64,000 nt of DNA from an uncultured Moraxellaceae bacterium (GTDB taxonomy: Bacteria > Pseudomonadota > Gammaproteobacteria > Pseudomonadales > Moraxellaceae), in contig CAMTYC010000030.1 in NCBI GenBank assembly GCA_947085865.1, positions 4,418-68,417 on the forward strand, read 5' to 3'. A program made the translations under genes and the position numbers. Position 1 is the first letter of the stretch; each line of letters begins with the position of its first letter. Shown here piece after piece: positions 10,563-20,350 of the stretch. The notes below the pieces were generated by a model. It searched no databases. It had not been told where the DNA came from and saw nothing but the letters and a program-made list of their open reading frames with translations.

Positions 10563-12095
10563 TTAACCCAAACGCAGGGCTGAGCGTAAAGACTCTGGCA
10601 TTTTGCCGATAACACCAACATTAGACTTCACTGGTGGTTTGCCATCAAAAGACAAAGTGTCGTCTTCCATGGGTGCAAAGCGCAGGCGCTGAACGTCATG
10701 CACATAGTTCTGCTGTACTTGCCATGGCGCCTTTGAGCCCTGACGCGGTAAACGATCAGCGGCACGCTGGATATAACCAGAGCTCAGGCTGCCGAGCACG
10801 GTGTCTTCTACTTTGCAGCCTTCTGTGTCGATGGGTTTAACCGTGCTATAGCCTTGTTTATCCATATGATTTAACAAGCGGCAAACGTATTCTGCGGCAA
10901 TATCGGCTTTAAGCGTCCAGGACGCATTGGTATAGCCAAAGATCATTGCAGCATTCGGGATGCCTTCGAGTAAAACACCACGATAGGTTAATACGTCTGG
11001 CACTTTGATTGGTTGGTCATCAACCTTGGTGGCAACACCACCCATCATTTGTACGTCTAAGCCCGTTGCAGTGATGATGATATCGGCTTCAATTTCTTCA
11101 CCAGACTTGAGGCGAATACCGTTACTGGTGAAGCGATCAATATGGTCTGTTACCACAGATGCTTTGCCTGAGCGCAGTACTTTGAATAAGTCACCATTAG
11201 GTACTACACAGAGGCGCTGATCCCATGGCGCGTAGCTGGGTGTGAAATGTTTCATGTCGATATTGGAGCCGGCGAGTTGACGGCGTACCAAACCCAACAG
11301 AAGACGACGAACGGCGGCGGGGCGACGGCGTGCGGCCTCAAAAATCATACGTTGCAAACCAATGTTGCGGACGCGATTCATGCGGTAGACCAGCATTTCT
11401 GGTAGGAAACGCTGCATGCCTTTAGCAACAGGGTCGATGCTAGGAATTGACATAATGTAGGTTGGTGAGCGCTGCAACATAGTCACATGTGCTGCTTTGT
11501 CCGTCATGCTGGGTACTAGTGTAATAGCGGTAGCGCCACTACCAATGATGACGACTTTTTTGCCAGTATAATCAAGCTCTTCTGGCCAGAATTGTGGGTG
11601 AATGATTTGGCCTTGGAAATCGGACTCACCAGCGAACTCTGGACGATAACCCTTGTCGTAGTTGTAGTAACCAGCGGCACCTACAAGGAAGTTAGCGGTG
11701 TATATTTCTACTTCGCCATTGCTTTCGTTTAATACTTGCACAGTCCAGGTTTTGTCTGCGCTTGACCAGTTAGCATCGGTTACTTTTCGTCCAAACTGAA
11801 TATGACGATCAACCCCAAACTCAGTGGCAGCATCATTAACGTACTGGCGAATAGAAGGGCCATCGGCTAAAACACGTGGCTCATTCCAAGGCTTAAAGTT
11901 AAAACCAAAGGTATACATGTCTGAGTCAGAGCGAATGCCGGGGTAACGGAAGAGATCCCATGTGCCGCCAATAGCATTACGACGCTCTAATACGGTGTAA
12001 GTTTTGCCTGGGCATTCACGAGTTAAGTGGCAAGCCATGCCAATGCCAGAAATACCTGCGCCGACAATCAAGACATCTACGTGTTGTTGCTTCAT
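10563..12095 (-). CDS. almA: flavin-binding monooxygenase, AlmA-like (EthA/BVMO family)
   Basis: GAGISG, GGTWDLFRYPGIRSDSDM, fingerprint FQGQIIHPQFWP, GSGATA, MKHFTPSYAPWDQRLC, DTVLGSLSSGY; closely resembles Acinetobacter AlmA as recalled. Family certain, substrate inferred. Confidence 0.8.
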   Translation of the reverse strand: MKQQHVDVLIVGAGISGIGMACHLTRECPGKTYTVLERRNAIGGTWDLFRYPGIRSDSDMYTFGFNFKPWNEPRVLADGPSIRQYVNDAATEFGVDRHIQFGRKVTDANWSSADKTWTVQVLNESNGEVEIYTANFLVGAAGYYNYDKGYRPEFAGESDFQGQIIHPQFWPEELDYTGKKVVIIGSGATAITLVPSMTDKAAHVTMLQRSPTYIMSIPSIDPVAKGMQRFLPEMLVYRMNRVRNIGLQRMIFEAARRRPAAVRRLLLGLVRRQLAGSNIDMKHFTPSYAPWDQRLCVVPNGDLFKVLRSGKASVVTDHIDRFTSNGIRLKSGEEIEADIIITATGLDVQMMGGVATKVDDQPIKVPDVLTYRGVLLEGIPNAAMIFGYTNASWTLKADIAAEYVCRLLNHMDKQGYSTVKPIDTEGCKVEDTVLGSLSSGYIQRAADRLPRQGSKAPWQVQQNYVHDVQRLRFAPMEDDTLSFDGKPPVKSNVGVIGKMPESLRSALRLG

Positions 12096-12144
12096 AACAA
12101 TTACCTTCTCTGTAAGTACGGAGAAGAGTAAGCGATTCTAACTG

Positions 12145-12162
12145 TGACAGTCAATGATGTCA
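12145..12162. promoter_or_regulatory. palindromic operator candidate TGACA-N8-TGTCA upstream of the almA-like gene
   Basis: tgaca 12145-12149, spacer gtcaatga, tgtca 12158-12162; about 50 nt upstream of the start codon. Confidence 0.35.
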
Positions 12163-12199
12163 GAATAATCCCCGACCAGCTGTTCGGGGATTATTCTGA
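12160..12199 (-). terminator. 16-bp perfect inverted repeat after fabB, probable terminator
   Basis: TCAGAATAATCCCCGA-N8-TCGGGGATTATTCTGA, 12 nt past the fabB stop; no classical U-run. Confidence 0.6.
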
Positions 12200-12211
12200 T
12201 GGAGGTGTGGT

Positions 12212-13426
12212 CTAAATTTTCCGGAAGACTAGTGTGGCGTTGGTACCACCAAAACCAAAGCTATTCGACATGACGGTTTTTAAGCCAGCATTATCAATAC
12301 GCTGTAGCACAATCGGCAAGCCATCAGCGGCAGGATCTAAGGTTTCAATATTAGCCGAAGCAGCAATAAAGTCATTTTGCAGCATGATCAAACTGTAAAT
12401 GCTTTCTTGTGCGCCAGCAGCACCAAGTGAGTGGCCAGACAATGATTTTGTTGAGCTGATAGGCGGGGCTTTGTCAGCAAATACTGCTTTGATAGCGCCC
12501 AATTCGGCAAGGTCGCCCACCGGTGTAGATGTGCCATGTGTATTGAGATAATCAATTGGCGTATCAACGGTTTGCAGCGCCATTTTCATGCAGCGTTCAG
12601 CACCTTCCCCGCTAGGTGCGACCATGTCGTGGCCGTCGGATGTGGCGCCATAGCCGACAATTTCAGCCAAAATATTCGCACCACGGGCGATAGCGTGATC
12701 GTATGATTCAACGACTAACATGCCAGCACCACCAGCAATCACAAAACCATCGCGGTTGGCATCATAGGCGCGTGAGGCTTTTTCTGGGGTGTCATTATAT
12801 TTGCTAGACATGGCTCCCATGGCATCAAACATACATGATTCTTCCCAACCTTCTTCCTCTCCGCCACCAGCAAAAACAATATCTTGTTTGCCCAGTTGAA
12901 TTAACTCAGCGGCATGGCCAATACAATGAGCACTAGTGGCGCAAGCAGAAGCAATAGAATAATTCACCCCTTTAATTTTAAAGGCGGTAGATAGGCAGGC
13001 TGAAATAGTCGACGACATGGTACGTGGCACCATGTATGGGCCAACACGCTTGGTGCCTTTTTCACGGGCAATTTCGGCGGCGGTTACTTGGTTGGTGCTT
13101 GATGCGCCACCAGAGCCTGCAACAAGGCCTGTGCGTGGATTAACGATGTCTTGCTCAGTTAGGCCAGCCATAGCGATAGCACGATCCAGTGCAATATAAG
13201 CATATGCAGCAGCATCACCCATAAAACGGCGTGCTTTGCGGTCAATTAATTCGTCTAAGTTAAGGTCAGTAATACTGCCGCTAACTTGGCTGCGAAAGCC
13301 CATTTGCGCATAGGTTTCATTGCGGCGTATGCCAGATCGGCCATGATAGAGACTGTCTTTGACGGTCTCTGCATCATGCCCTAAACATGACACGATCCCG
13401 AATCCAGTAATCACAACACGACGCAT
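12212..13426 (-). CDS. fabB: beta-ketoacyl-ACP synthase I
   Basis: [40 protein letters not shown]; RBS AAGGAG before ATG 13426. Confidence 0.96.
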   Translation of the reverse strand: MRRVVITGFGIVSCLGHDAETVKDSLYHGRSGIRRNETYAQMGFRSQVSGSITDLNLDELIDRKARRFMGDAAAYAYIALDRAIAMAGLTEQDIVNPRTGLVAGSGGASSTNQVTAAEIAREKGTKRVGPYMVPRTMSSTISACLSTAFKIKGVNYSIASACATSAHCIGHAAELIQLGKQDIVFAGGGEEEGWEESCMFDAMGAMSSKYNDTPEKASRAYDANRDGFVIAGGAGMLVVESYDHAIARGANILAEIVGYGATSDGHDMVAPSGEGAERCMKMALQTVDTPIDYLNTHGTSTPVGDLAELGAIKAVFADKAPPISSTKSLSGHSLGAAGAQESIYSLIMLQNDFIAASANIETLDPAADGLPIVLQRIDNAGLKTVMSNSFGFGGTNATLVFRKI

Positions 13427-13465
13427 GGTCACTCTCCTTAAATACAGGCCTAAACGCTGCTGGCC

Positions 13466-13990
13466 TTAAAAGTTTTCAGTGCTAGTAAACAAGCCTACTT
13501 TAAGGTCTTGTGCAGTATAGATCTCGCGATCATCCACGAGTACACGACCATCGGCGATACCCATCACCAATTTACGCTCAACTAAACGCTTAACCTGCAA
13601 CTCATAGACCACTTTTTTATTGGTTGGTAGTACTTGTCCAAAAAACTTAATTTCACCTGCGCCTAGGGCTCGGCCTCGTCCTGGGTTCCCGCGCCAGCCT
13701 AGCCAAAAGCCTAGCAGTTGCCAGAGTGCATCAACCCCTAGGCAGCCTGGCATTACTGGATCTGTTTCAAAATGGCATTGAAAAAACCAAAGATCAGGTG
13801 TGATGTCCAATTCAGCACGGATCATGCCTTTGTTATGTTCACCACCGTCGCGTGAGAGCAAGGTGATGCGATCCATCATCAGCATATTAGGTAGGGGCAG
13901 GCGAGCATTGCCTTCCCCGAATAATTGGCCATGACCACAAGCAATTAAGTCATCGCGATCAAAATGAGTGCGTTCAAGTATCGAGGTCAT
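13466..13990 (-). CDS. fabA: 3-hydroxydecanoyl-ACP dehydratase/isomerase
   Basis: [38 protein letters not shown]. Confidence 0.97.
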   Translation of the reverse strand: MTSILERTHFDRDDLIACGHGQLFGEGNARLPLPNMLMMDRITLLSRDGGEHNKGMIRAELDITPDLWFFQCHFETDPVMPGCLGVDALWQLLGFWLGWRGNPGRGRALGAGEIKFFGQVLPTNKKVVYELQVKRLVERKLVMGIADGRVLVDDREIYTAQDLKVGLFTSTENF

Positions 13991-14165
13991 ATATTCCTGC
14001 GCAGTAAGAAGCTAAGCGCCAACATACTAGCAAGCTTGTTCTTACAGAATGCTTAAACAGAGATGGATTAGTTGTTTCCAAATGTGTTTGCTGGACTTAA
14101 CAAGTGGGTCGCGTATCATGTCGCAGCTTTCCGTTTTTCCACTCAATTAACGCAGAGGTTGGTGC

Positions 14166-16100
14166 ATGTGGGTTGAACTTGGACACTTTGCCTTAGTGCT
14201 TGCATTTGTAGTGGTGTTGGTGCAAAGCACCTTGCCATGGCTGGGCTTAGCACGTGATGACGCGCGTATTCAGTCGATGGCGCATAGCACCGTGCATGTG
14301 CAAACTGCACTGTTGCTTTTATCTTTTGTGTTGCTGACTTATGGCTTTTTAATTAACGACTTTAGCGTTGACTATATTGCCCGTCAGTCCAACACCTTAT
14401 TGCCTATTGAATACAAAATCTCAGCTGTCTGGGGCGGCCATGAAGGCTCGCTGTTGTTGTGGGCATTCATCCTGGCATTGTGGTCGAGCTTAGTTGCTAA
14501 GTTCTCAAAAGGACTGCCATTAGACATGGTAGTTCGTGTGTTGGCGATTTTAGGCCTCATCAGCGCTGCCATTATTAGTTTCATTTTGTTCACGTCGAAT
14601 CCTTTTGATCGACTGCTGCCGGACTTCCCGATTGAAGGCAATGATCTCAATCCCTTGTTGCAAGATCCGGGACTGATTTTCCACCCACCTATGCTTTATA
14701 TGGGTTATGTCGGTTTTTCTGTGCCGTTTGCTTTTGCCATCGCTGGATTGCTTGGTGGGCGCATGGATTCGGCTTGGGCACGCTGGTCACGTCCTTGGAC
14801 CATTGCTGCTTGGGCATTCCTAACGCTGGGTATTGCATTAGGTTCGTGGTGGGCTTACTACGAATTGGGTTGGGGCGGCTGGTGGTTTTGGGACCCAGTC
14901 GAAAATGCATCATTACTGCCATGGCTTGCAGGTACAGCGCTCATTCATTCTTTGGCGGTAACAGAGAAGCGTGGTGTATTTAAAGCTTGGACGGTGCTGT
15001 TAGCCATCATGGCCTTTTCGTTGTGCTTGCTGGGCACTTTCCTGGTTCGTTCCGGTGTGTTGACCTCCGTGCATGCTTTTGCCGCTGATCCTGAGCGAGG
15101 TTTATACATCCTTGGAATTTTGATTGTGGTTGTTGGTGGCTCGCTGTCGCTGTTTGCATGGCGTGGGGCTGAGCTGGCTAACGAAAGTCGCTATCAACTG
15201 GCCTCGCGCGAAACCTTTTTGATGTTGAACAATTTATTGCTGATGACGGCGACAGTGATTGTTCTATTAGGAACCTTATTCCCGCTCATTGCTGATGCGC
15301 TAGACCTTGGCAAGATCTCGGTAGGGCCTCCTTACTTCAATTTACTTTTTGTGCCACTAACGTGGCTGCTCTTAGTGTTTGTGGCGATTGGTCCATTAAT
15401 GAACTGGAAACGCCAAGATATGAGTAAGGTGTTGCTGCCATTGGTTAAAGTACTTGTTGCTTCCGTGGTGGCTGCCATTGCTGTGCCGCTTATGTTTTTT
15501 GGCAACTGGCCATGGACAGTGGGCTTGAGTGTCGGATTATGCATCTGGGTACTTGGTGCGTTAATGGTCGATATCGGCCGTAAAACACGTCATGCAGACA
15601 GTATGCTCAAAGGCATTAAAAAGCTGACACGTAGCTACTGGGGTATGCAGTTTGGTCATATCGGCTTATTGGTGATGGTGATGGGTGTTGCTGTCACATC
15701 TGAGTACAGCATTGAGCGTGATGTACGAATGGTGCCAGGTGACATTGAGCAAATTGGTGAATATCAGTATCGCTTTGATGGTGTTGAAGATCGCATGGGG
15801 CCGAACTACCGCTCGCAATATGGCACGATCACAGTAAGCCGTGGTAACTGGTCCACAACCTTGCACCCTGAAAAGCGTGTGTATCGTATGGAATCTAACC
15901 CGATGACTGAGGCGGGGATTAGCACTAACTTATGGCGTGATGTCTATGTTGCCTTGGGTGAGCCACTGGATCAGGGGGCTTGGGCAGTACGGCTTTATCA
16001 CAAGCCATTGGTGGTTTGGATTTGGTTAGGTGCACTCATCATGTCGATTGGCGGATTGTTATCGATACTTGATAAACGTTACCGCATACGGAGGGGTTGA
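14166..16100 (+). CDS. ccmF: cytochrome c heme lyase subunit CcmF
   Basis: WGGHEGSLL, HPPMLYMGY, WWD motif WGGWWFWDPVEN, SVHAFA; multi-TM. Confidence 0.97.
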   Translation: MWVELGHFALVLAFVVVLVQSTLPWLGLARDDARIQSMAHSTVHVQTALLLLSFVLLTYGFLINDFSVDYIARQSNTLLPIEYKISAVWGGHEGSLLLWAFILALWSSLVAKFSKGLPLDMVVRVLAILGLISAAIISFILFTSNPFDRLLPDFPIEGNDLNPLLQDPGLIFHPPMLYMGYVGFSVPFAFAIAGLLGGRMDSAWARWSRPWTIAAWAFLTLGIALGSWWAYYELGWGGWWFWDPVENASLLPWLAGTALIHSLAVTEKRGVFKAWTVLLAIMAFSLCLLGTFLVRSGVLTSVHAFAADPERGLYILGILIVVVGGSLSLFAWRGAELANESRYQLASRETFLMLNNLLLMTATVIVLLGTLFPLIADALDLGKISVGPPYFNLLFVPLTWLLLVFVAIGPLMNWKRQDMSKVLLPLVKVLVASVVAAIAVPLMFFGNWPWTVGLSVGLCIWVLGALMVDIGRKTRHADSMLKGIKKLTRSYWGMQFGHIGLLVMVMGVAVTSEYSIERDVRMVPGDIEQIGEYQYRFDGVEDRMGPNYRSQYGTITVSRGNWSTTLHPEKRVYRMESNPMTEAGISTNLWRDVYVALGEPLDQGAWAVRLYHKPLVVWIWLGALIMSIGGLLSILDKRYRIRRG

Positions 16101-16101
16101 A

Positions 16102-16653
16102 ATGAATAAACACGTCCGTGTGATGCTATTTCTACTGCCATTAGTTGCCTTTATTGCGTTGGCAGTTCTGTTGTTTAACCGTAACGGGGAAGACCCCTCG
16201 GTTTTGCCTTCAGCGCGTGTTGGTCAGAACCTGCCTAGTTTTGAAATGGCTTCATTAACGGAGCCTGGACGTATGCTGACGCCAAAAGATTTAGCAGGTG
16301 AAGTCAGTTTACTGAATGTGTGGGCGACCTGGTGCGTATCTTGTTTAGTTGAACACCCAGTGCTGATGGAGTTGGCGGCATCGGGCATTCCTATTTATGG
16401 CGTTAACTACAAAGACAGCCCAGAAGCTGCGCTGATGTATTTGGCCAATAACGGTGACCCGTTTCGATTTAGCATGAGTGATGTCACTGGCAGTTTAGGT
16501 TTGGACTTAGGTGTGTATGGTGCGCCTGAGACTTATTTATTAGATCGCGAAGGGCGTATTCGTTATCGTTCAGTGGGCGTTTTAGATGCACGCTCTTGGA
16601 TTGATGAGCTTGAGCCACGTTATCGCGCCTTGGTGGAAGAGGTGGCACCATGA
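16102..16653 (+). CDS. ccmG: thiol:disulfide interchange protein CcmG/DsbE
   Basis: N-terminal TM, NVWATWCVSC, GVYGAPETY; start at ATG 16102 just after the ccmF stop. Confidence 0.95.
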   Translation: MNKHVRVMLFLLPLVAFIALAVLLFNRNGEDPSVLPSARVGQNLPSFEMASLTEPGRMLTPKDLAGEVSLLNVWATWCVSCLVEHPVLMELAASGIPIYGVNYKDSPEAALMYLANNGDPFRFSMSDVTGSLGLDLGVYGAPETYLLDREGRIRYRSVGVLDARSWIDELEPRYRALVEEVAP

Positions 16654-17120
16654 GACTAGCCATTCTTTTGCTTTCTGCGCTGCTTTGTTTTCCGTCAACA
16701 CTAACAGCGGCTGTTGATGTTCGTGACTTTTCTAGTGAGTTAGAAGAGCGGCGTTACCGTGCATTAGTCGCCGAATTGCGTTGCCCTAAATGTCAGAACA
16801 CTAATTTGGCAGGTTCTGATGCTGGCCTGGCAGATGATTTAAAAGACCGTGTTCATGATCTATTACGCCAAGGCGCTAGTGATGATGAGATCCGTAATCA
16901 CATGATCGAACGCTTTGGTGACTTTGTGACCTATAAGCCACCCATGCGTCCAGCAACATGGGTGTTGTGGTGGGGTCCTTTGGTGTTGCTTGTAGTCGGT
17001 TTAGCGGTGATGTTGTTACGCCGTCAACCCGTTAAAACGAAAAACAAGCCATTAAGCCCTGAAGAGAAAAAGCGCCTGCAAACACTTTTGTCAGGCCAAG
17101 ACCGTACGGAGCAGAAATAA
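16650..17120 (+). CDS. ccmH: cytochrome c biogenesis protein CcmH
   Basis: Signal peptide, LRCPKCQN, RFGDFVTYKPP, C-terminal TM. Confidence 0.95.
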   Translation: MRLAILLLSALLCFPSTLTAAVDVRDFSSELEERRYRALVAELRCPKCQNTNLAGSDAGLADDLKDRVHDLLRQGASDDEIRNHMIERFGDFVTYKPPMRPATWVLWWGPLVLLVVGLAVMLLRRQPVKTKNKPLSPEEKKRLQTLLSGQDRTEQK

Positions 17121-18379
17121 TGAGTCCGGTCTTAATGCCGCTGTATTTATTAGCCCTACTGTTATCACTCATTGTTGTGATGGCTGTTATTTGGCCTCTG
17201 CGTGGTAAAGCACAAACGGACTCTAACCGTTTGCAGACCTTAGCTGCTCGTGTTTATCGCGAACGACTTGATGAGTTAAATGCTGATCATATGGCTAATC
17301 GTATTGATGCAGACGCGTATGCCACGCTCAAACTAGAGCTAGATCGTGGCCTGCTGTCGGATCATGCCCGTGATGAGCAGCGCCAGTCGCAGCCTTTAAA
17401 GCGTGTTCGTATCTTGGCACTGTCTGTGCTGCTGGTTGTGCCTGCATTATCTTTGGCTTTGTATTTATTCTATTTTCAAAGTGATGAAATGGTGGCTGAT
17501 GCTGAGCGCCAAGCGCGTTATGGCGATGTGGTGGCGCAAGTCATGGCAGGGCAGGCACCAGCGGCCGACGCACCTCAGCCAAACCTTCAGGATTTTGTTC
17601 GTGTGTTGCAGCGTAATGTGCAGGCAAATCCACTGGATGCAGATGGTTGGGTCAGTCTTGGTATGGCATTTATGCAAGCCAGAGACTATGGACCGGCGCA
17701 GGTTGCACTTGCACGTGCGGCCGAGATTCAACCCAACGATTTATCGATTGTGCTGACCTATGTGCAATCCACGATTGTTACTCAGCAAGGCCCTATGTCG
17801 GCCAAGATACGTGGTCTGCTGGGTAAGATCATGTATGAGTATCCTGAGCATCAAGGTGCTTTGCTGATGCATGCCATGGCCAGTTTACGTGGTGGTGAGT
17901 TGTTGGCTGCACGTGAATCGTTGCTGCGCTTACAAGCTTTGCGCGTTGAGCTGGGCGAAGATCCAGAGGCAGACGGGCAAATAGCACGTTTATTGGCAGA
18001 AACAGAAATTGATGCGGATCCACAAGCACTTGCTGATGGCTTTCCAGTAGAAGTCAGTATTAGCAGTGAGTTGGTAGCTAATTTACCTGCTGATGCGGTG
18101 TTGTATGTTTTTGCTAGACCATTACAAGGTGGCGGTATGCCGATTGCGGTGGTTAGACGTCCGATAACGCAATTCCCCATTCGTCTGGTGGTGTCTGATG
18201 CTGATAGCTTGTCACCAGATCGGCCGTTATCTGCTGAATCGATTGTGGTGTTGCAAGCGCGCATTTCCTTAACAGGTGATGCAACCCCCAGTGCTGGAGA
18301 TTTAGAAGCAGCAGCTGTGCCTGTTCGGCAGGATAGTCGCAGCTTAATTCGCCTGCGAATCAGCGAGAAGCGTCAATAA
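17120..18379 (+). CDS. ccmI: cytochrome c biogenesis TPR protein CcmI/CycH
   Basis: Two N-terminal TMs flanking VYRERLDEL, TPR-like region (NPLDADGWVSLG), C-terminal LYVFAR...ARIS...GDL; follows ccmH. Confidence 0.9.
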   Translation: MSPVLMPLYLLALLLSLIVVMAVIWPLRGKAQTDSNRLQTLAARVYRERLDELNADHMANRIDADAYATLKLELDRGLLSDHARDEQRQSQPLKRVRILALSVLLVVPALSLALYLFYFQSDEMVADAERQARYGDVVAQVMAGQAPAADAPQPNLQDFVRVLQRNVQANPLDADGWVSLGMAFMQARDYGPAQVALARAAEIQPNDLSIVLTYVQSTIVTQQGPMSAKIRGLLGKIMYEYPEHQGALLMHAMASLRGGELLAARESLLRLQALRVELGEDPEADGQIARLLAETEIDADPQALADGFPVEVSISSELVANLPADAVLYVFARPLQGGGMPIAVVRRPITQFPIRLVVSDADSLSPDRPLSAESIVVLQARISLTGDATPSAGDLEAAAVPVRQDSRSLIRLRISEKRQ

Positions 18380-19117
<738 letters not shown>

Positions 19118-19136
19118 TCTGTTGTCTGCTTGTCCG

Positions 19137-19168
19137 ATAACGCCGCGCCTTGCGCGGCGTTATTGTTT
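19137..19168 (+). terminator. GC-rich hairpin between adk and hemH, probable weak terminator
   Basis: ATAACGCCGCGC-ctt-GCGCGGCGTTAT then tgttt. Confidence 0.7.
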
Positions 19169-19194
19169 GCGGCATTCAAACTTAAGAGGTGTAC

Positions 19195-20280
19195 ATGTCA
19201 GATCGTCGTCGAGTAGGGGTAGTGCTAGCGAACTTAGGCACACCCGATGAACCAACACCTGCGGCCGTACGTCGTTATTTGCGCGAATTCTTAAGTGATG
19301 GTCGTGTCATCGAAGTGCCAAAGCTGGTTTGGTTTTTTATTTTGCGTTTGTTTATTTTGCCGCTGCGCCCTAAGCGTGTCGCACATGCTTACGCTAGTAT
19401 TTGGCAGGGTGATTCACCCATGCGCCTTATCTTGTTGTCGCAAGTAGAGGCCATGCAAAAACGATTGAGTCAGGCCTATCCAAGCTTAGACATTACGGTT
19501 AAGCCCGGCATGAGTTATGGCAACCCGGCGTTACGTAAGGCGCTAACGGAGCTTCAACAGTCGGGTTGTAATGAAATTGTGGTGCTGCCGTTGTTTCCCC
19601 AGCATTCAGCAACGTCTACTGGTCCAGTGATTGATCAGGTAGCCAGCTGGTTACAACAACAACGTAATATTCCAAGCATGCACATCGTACGTGACTATCA
19701 TGTGCATCCAGCCTATATCGCGGCCTTGGCAGAAACTGTGCGAGAGCATTGGGCCACACACGGTCGTGCCGATAAGCTGTTGTTTTCATTTCATGGCATC
19801 CCTCAGCCTTATGCCGATAAAGGTGACCCATATCCTGCGCAATGCCATGCCACGGCCAATGCAGTTGTTGCTGCTTTAGGCTTGGGTATGGATGAATGGG
19901 CCATCAGCTTTCAGTCGCGCTTTGGTTTGCAGGAGTGGGTAAAGCCTTATACCGACGAATTATTAAAAAGTTGGGGCAGCTCTGGTGTTGGTTCGGTTCA
20001 GGTCTTGTGCCCAGCGTTTTCAGCGGACTGTTTAGAGACGCTTGAAGAAATTGCGGTGGAAAACCATGAAACCTTCACCGAAGCGGGTGGTAAGCGCTAT
20101 GAGTACATTCCTGCGTTGAATGCTCGTACCATGCACCTTGATGCGATTGAGGCCATTTTGCGTCCACAAGTACAGGCTGCAGCTGCTTGTTGTGGTAGTG
20201 CTGCTCCGGTTGCTGCTAGCTGCCCTGCGCGCGCTACCTGCGGCGCGGTCTGTGCTATGTGCGAGTCGGCAGCAAATTAG
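19195..20280 (+). CDS. hemH: ferrochelatase with Cys-rich C-terminal tail
   Basis: NLGTP, LFSFHGIP, FQSRFG, WVKPYT, FSADCLETLEEI; RBS GAGGT before ATG 19195. Confidence 0.96.
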   Translation: MSDRRRVGVVLANLGTPDEPTPAAVRRYLREFLSDGRVIEVPKLVWFFILRLFILPLRPKRVAHAYASIWQGDSPMRLILLSQVEAMQKRLSQAYPSLDITVKPGMSYGNPALRKALTELQQSGCNEIVVLPLFPQHSATSTGPVIDQVASWLQQQRNIPSMHIVRDYHVHPAYIAALAETVREHWATHGRADKLLFSFHGIPQPYADKGDPYPAQCHATANAVVAALGLGMDEWAISFQSRFGLQEWVKPYTDELLKSWGSSGVGSVQVLCPAFSADCLETLEEIAVENHETFTEAGGKRYEYIPALNARTMHLDAIEAILRPQVQAAAACCGSAAPVAASCPARATCGAVCAMCESAAN

Positions 20281-20350
20281 TCACCTGCGCAAGCAGCGAG
20301 AATAGCTAGCCTTTGCTACACTCAGAGCCCAAGCGATTTGAGTGTTAGGC

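Noticed and set aside
14004-14045. FabR/DesT-like operator upstream of fabA
   Set aside because: Only a partial AACAAGC core and a 7-bp repeat with a long spacer; too weak to call.
16030-16101. N-terminal extensions in the ORF track for ccmG (similarly accA, adk, thioesterase, rsmJ, gpsA)
   Set aside because: Longest-ORF artefacts; downstream ATGs match family N-termini and RBS positions.
20281-20350. LexA box upstream of yoaA
   Set aside because: No CTGT-N8-ACAG; only a possible extended -10 (TGcTACACT, 20314-20322).
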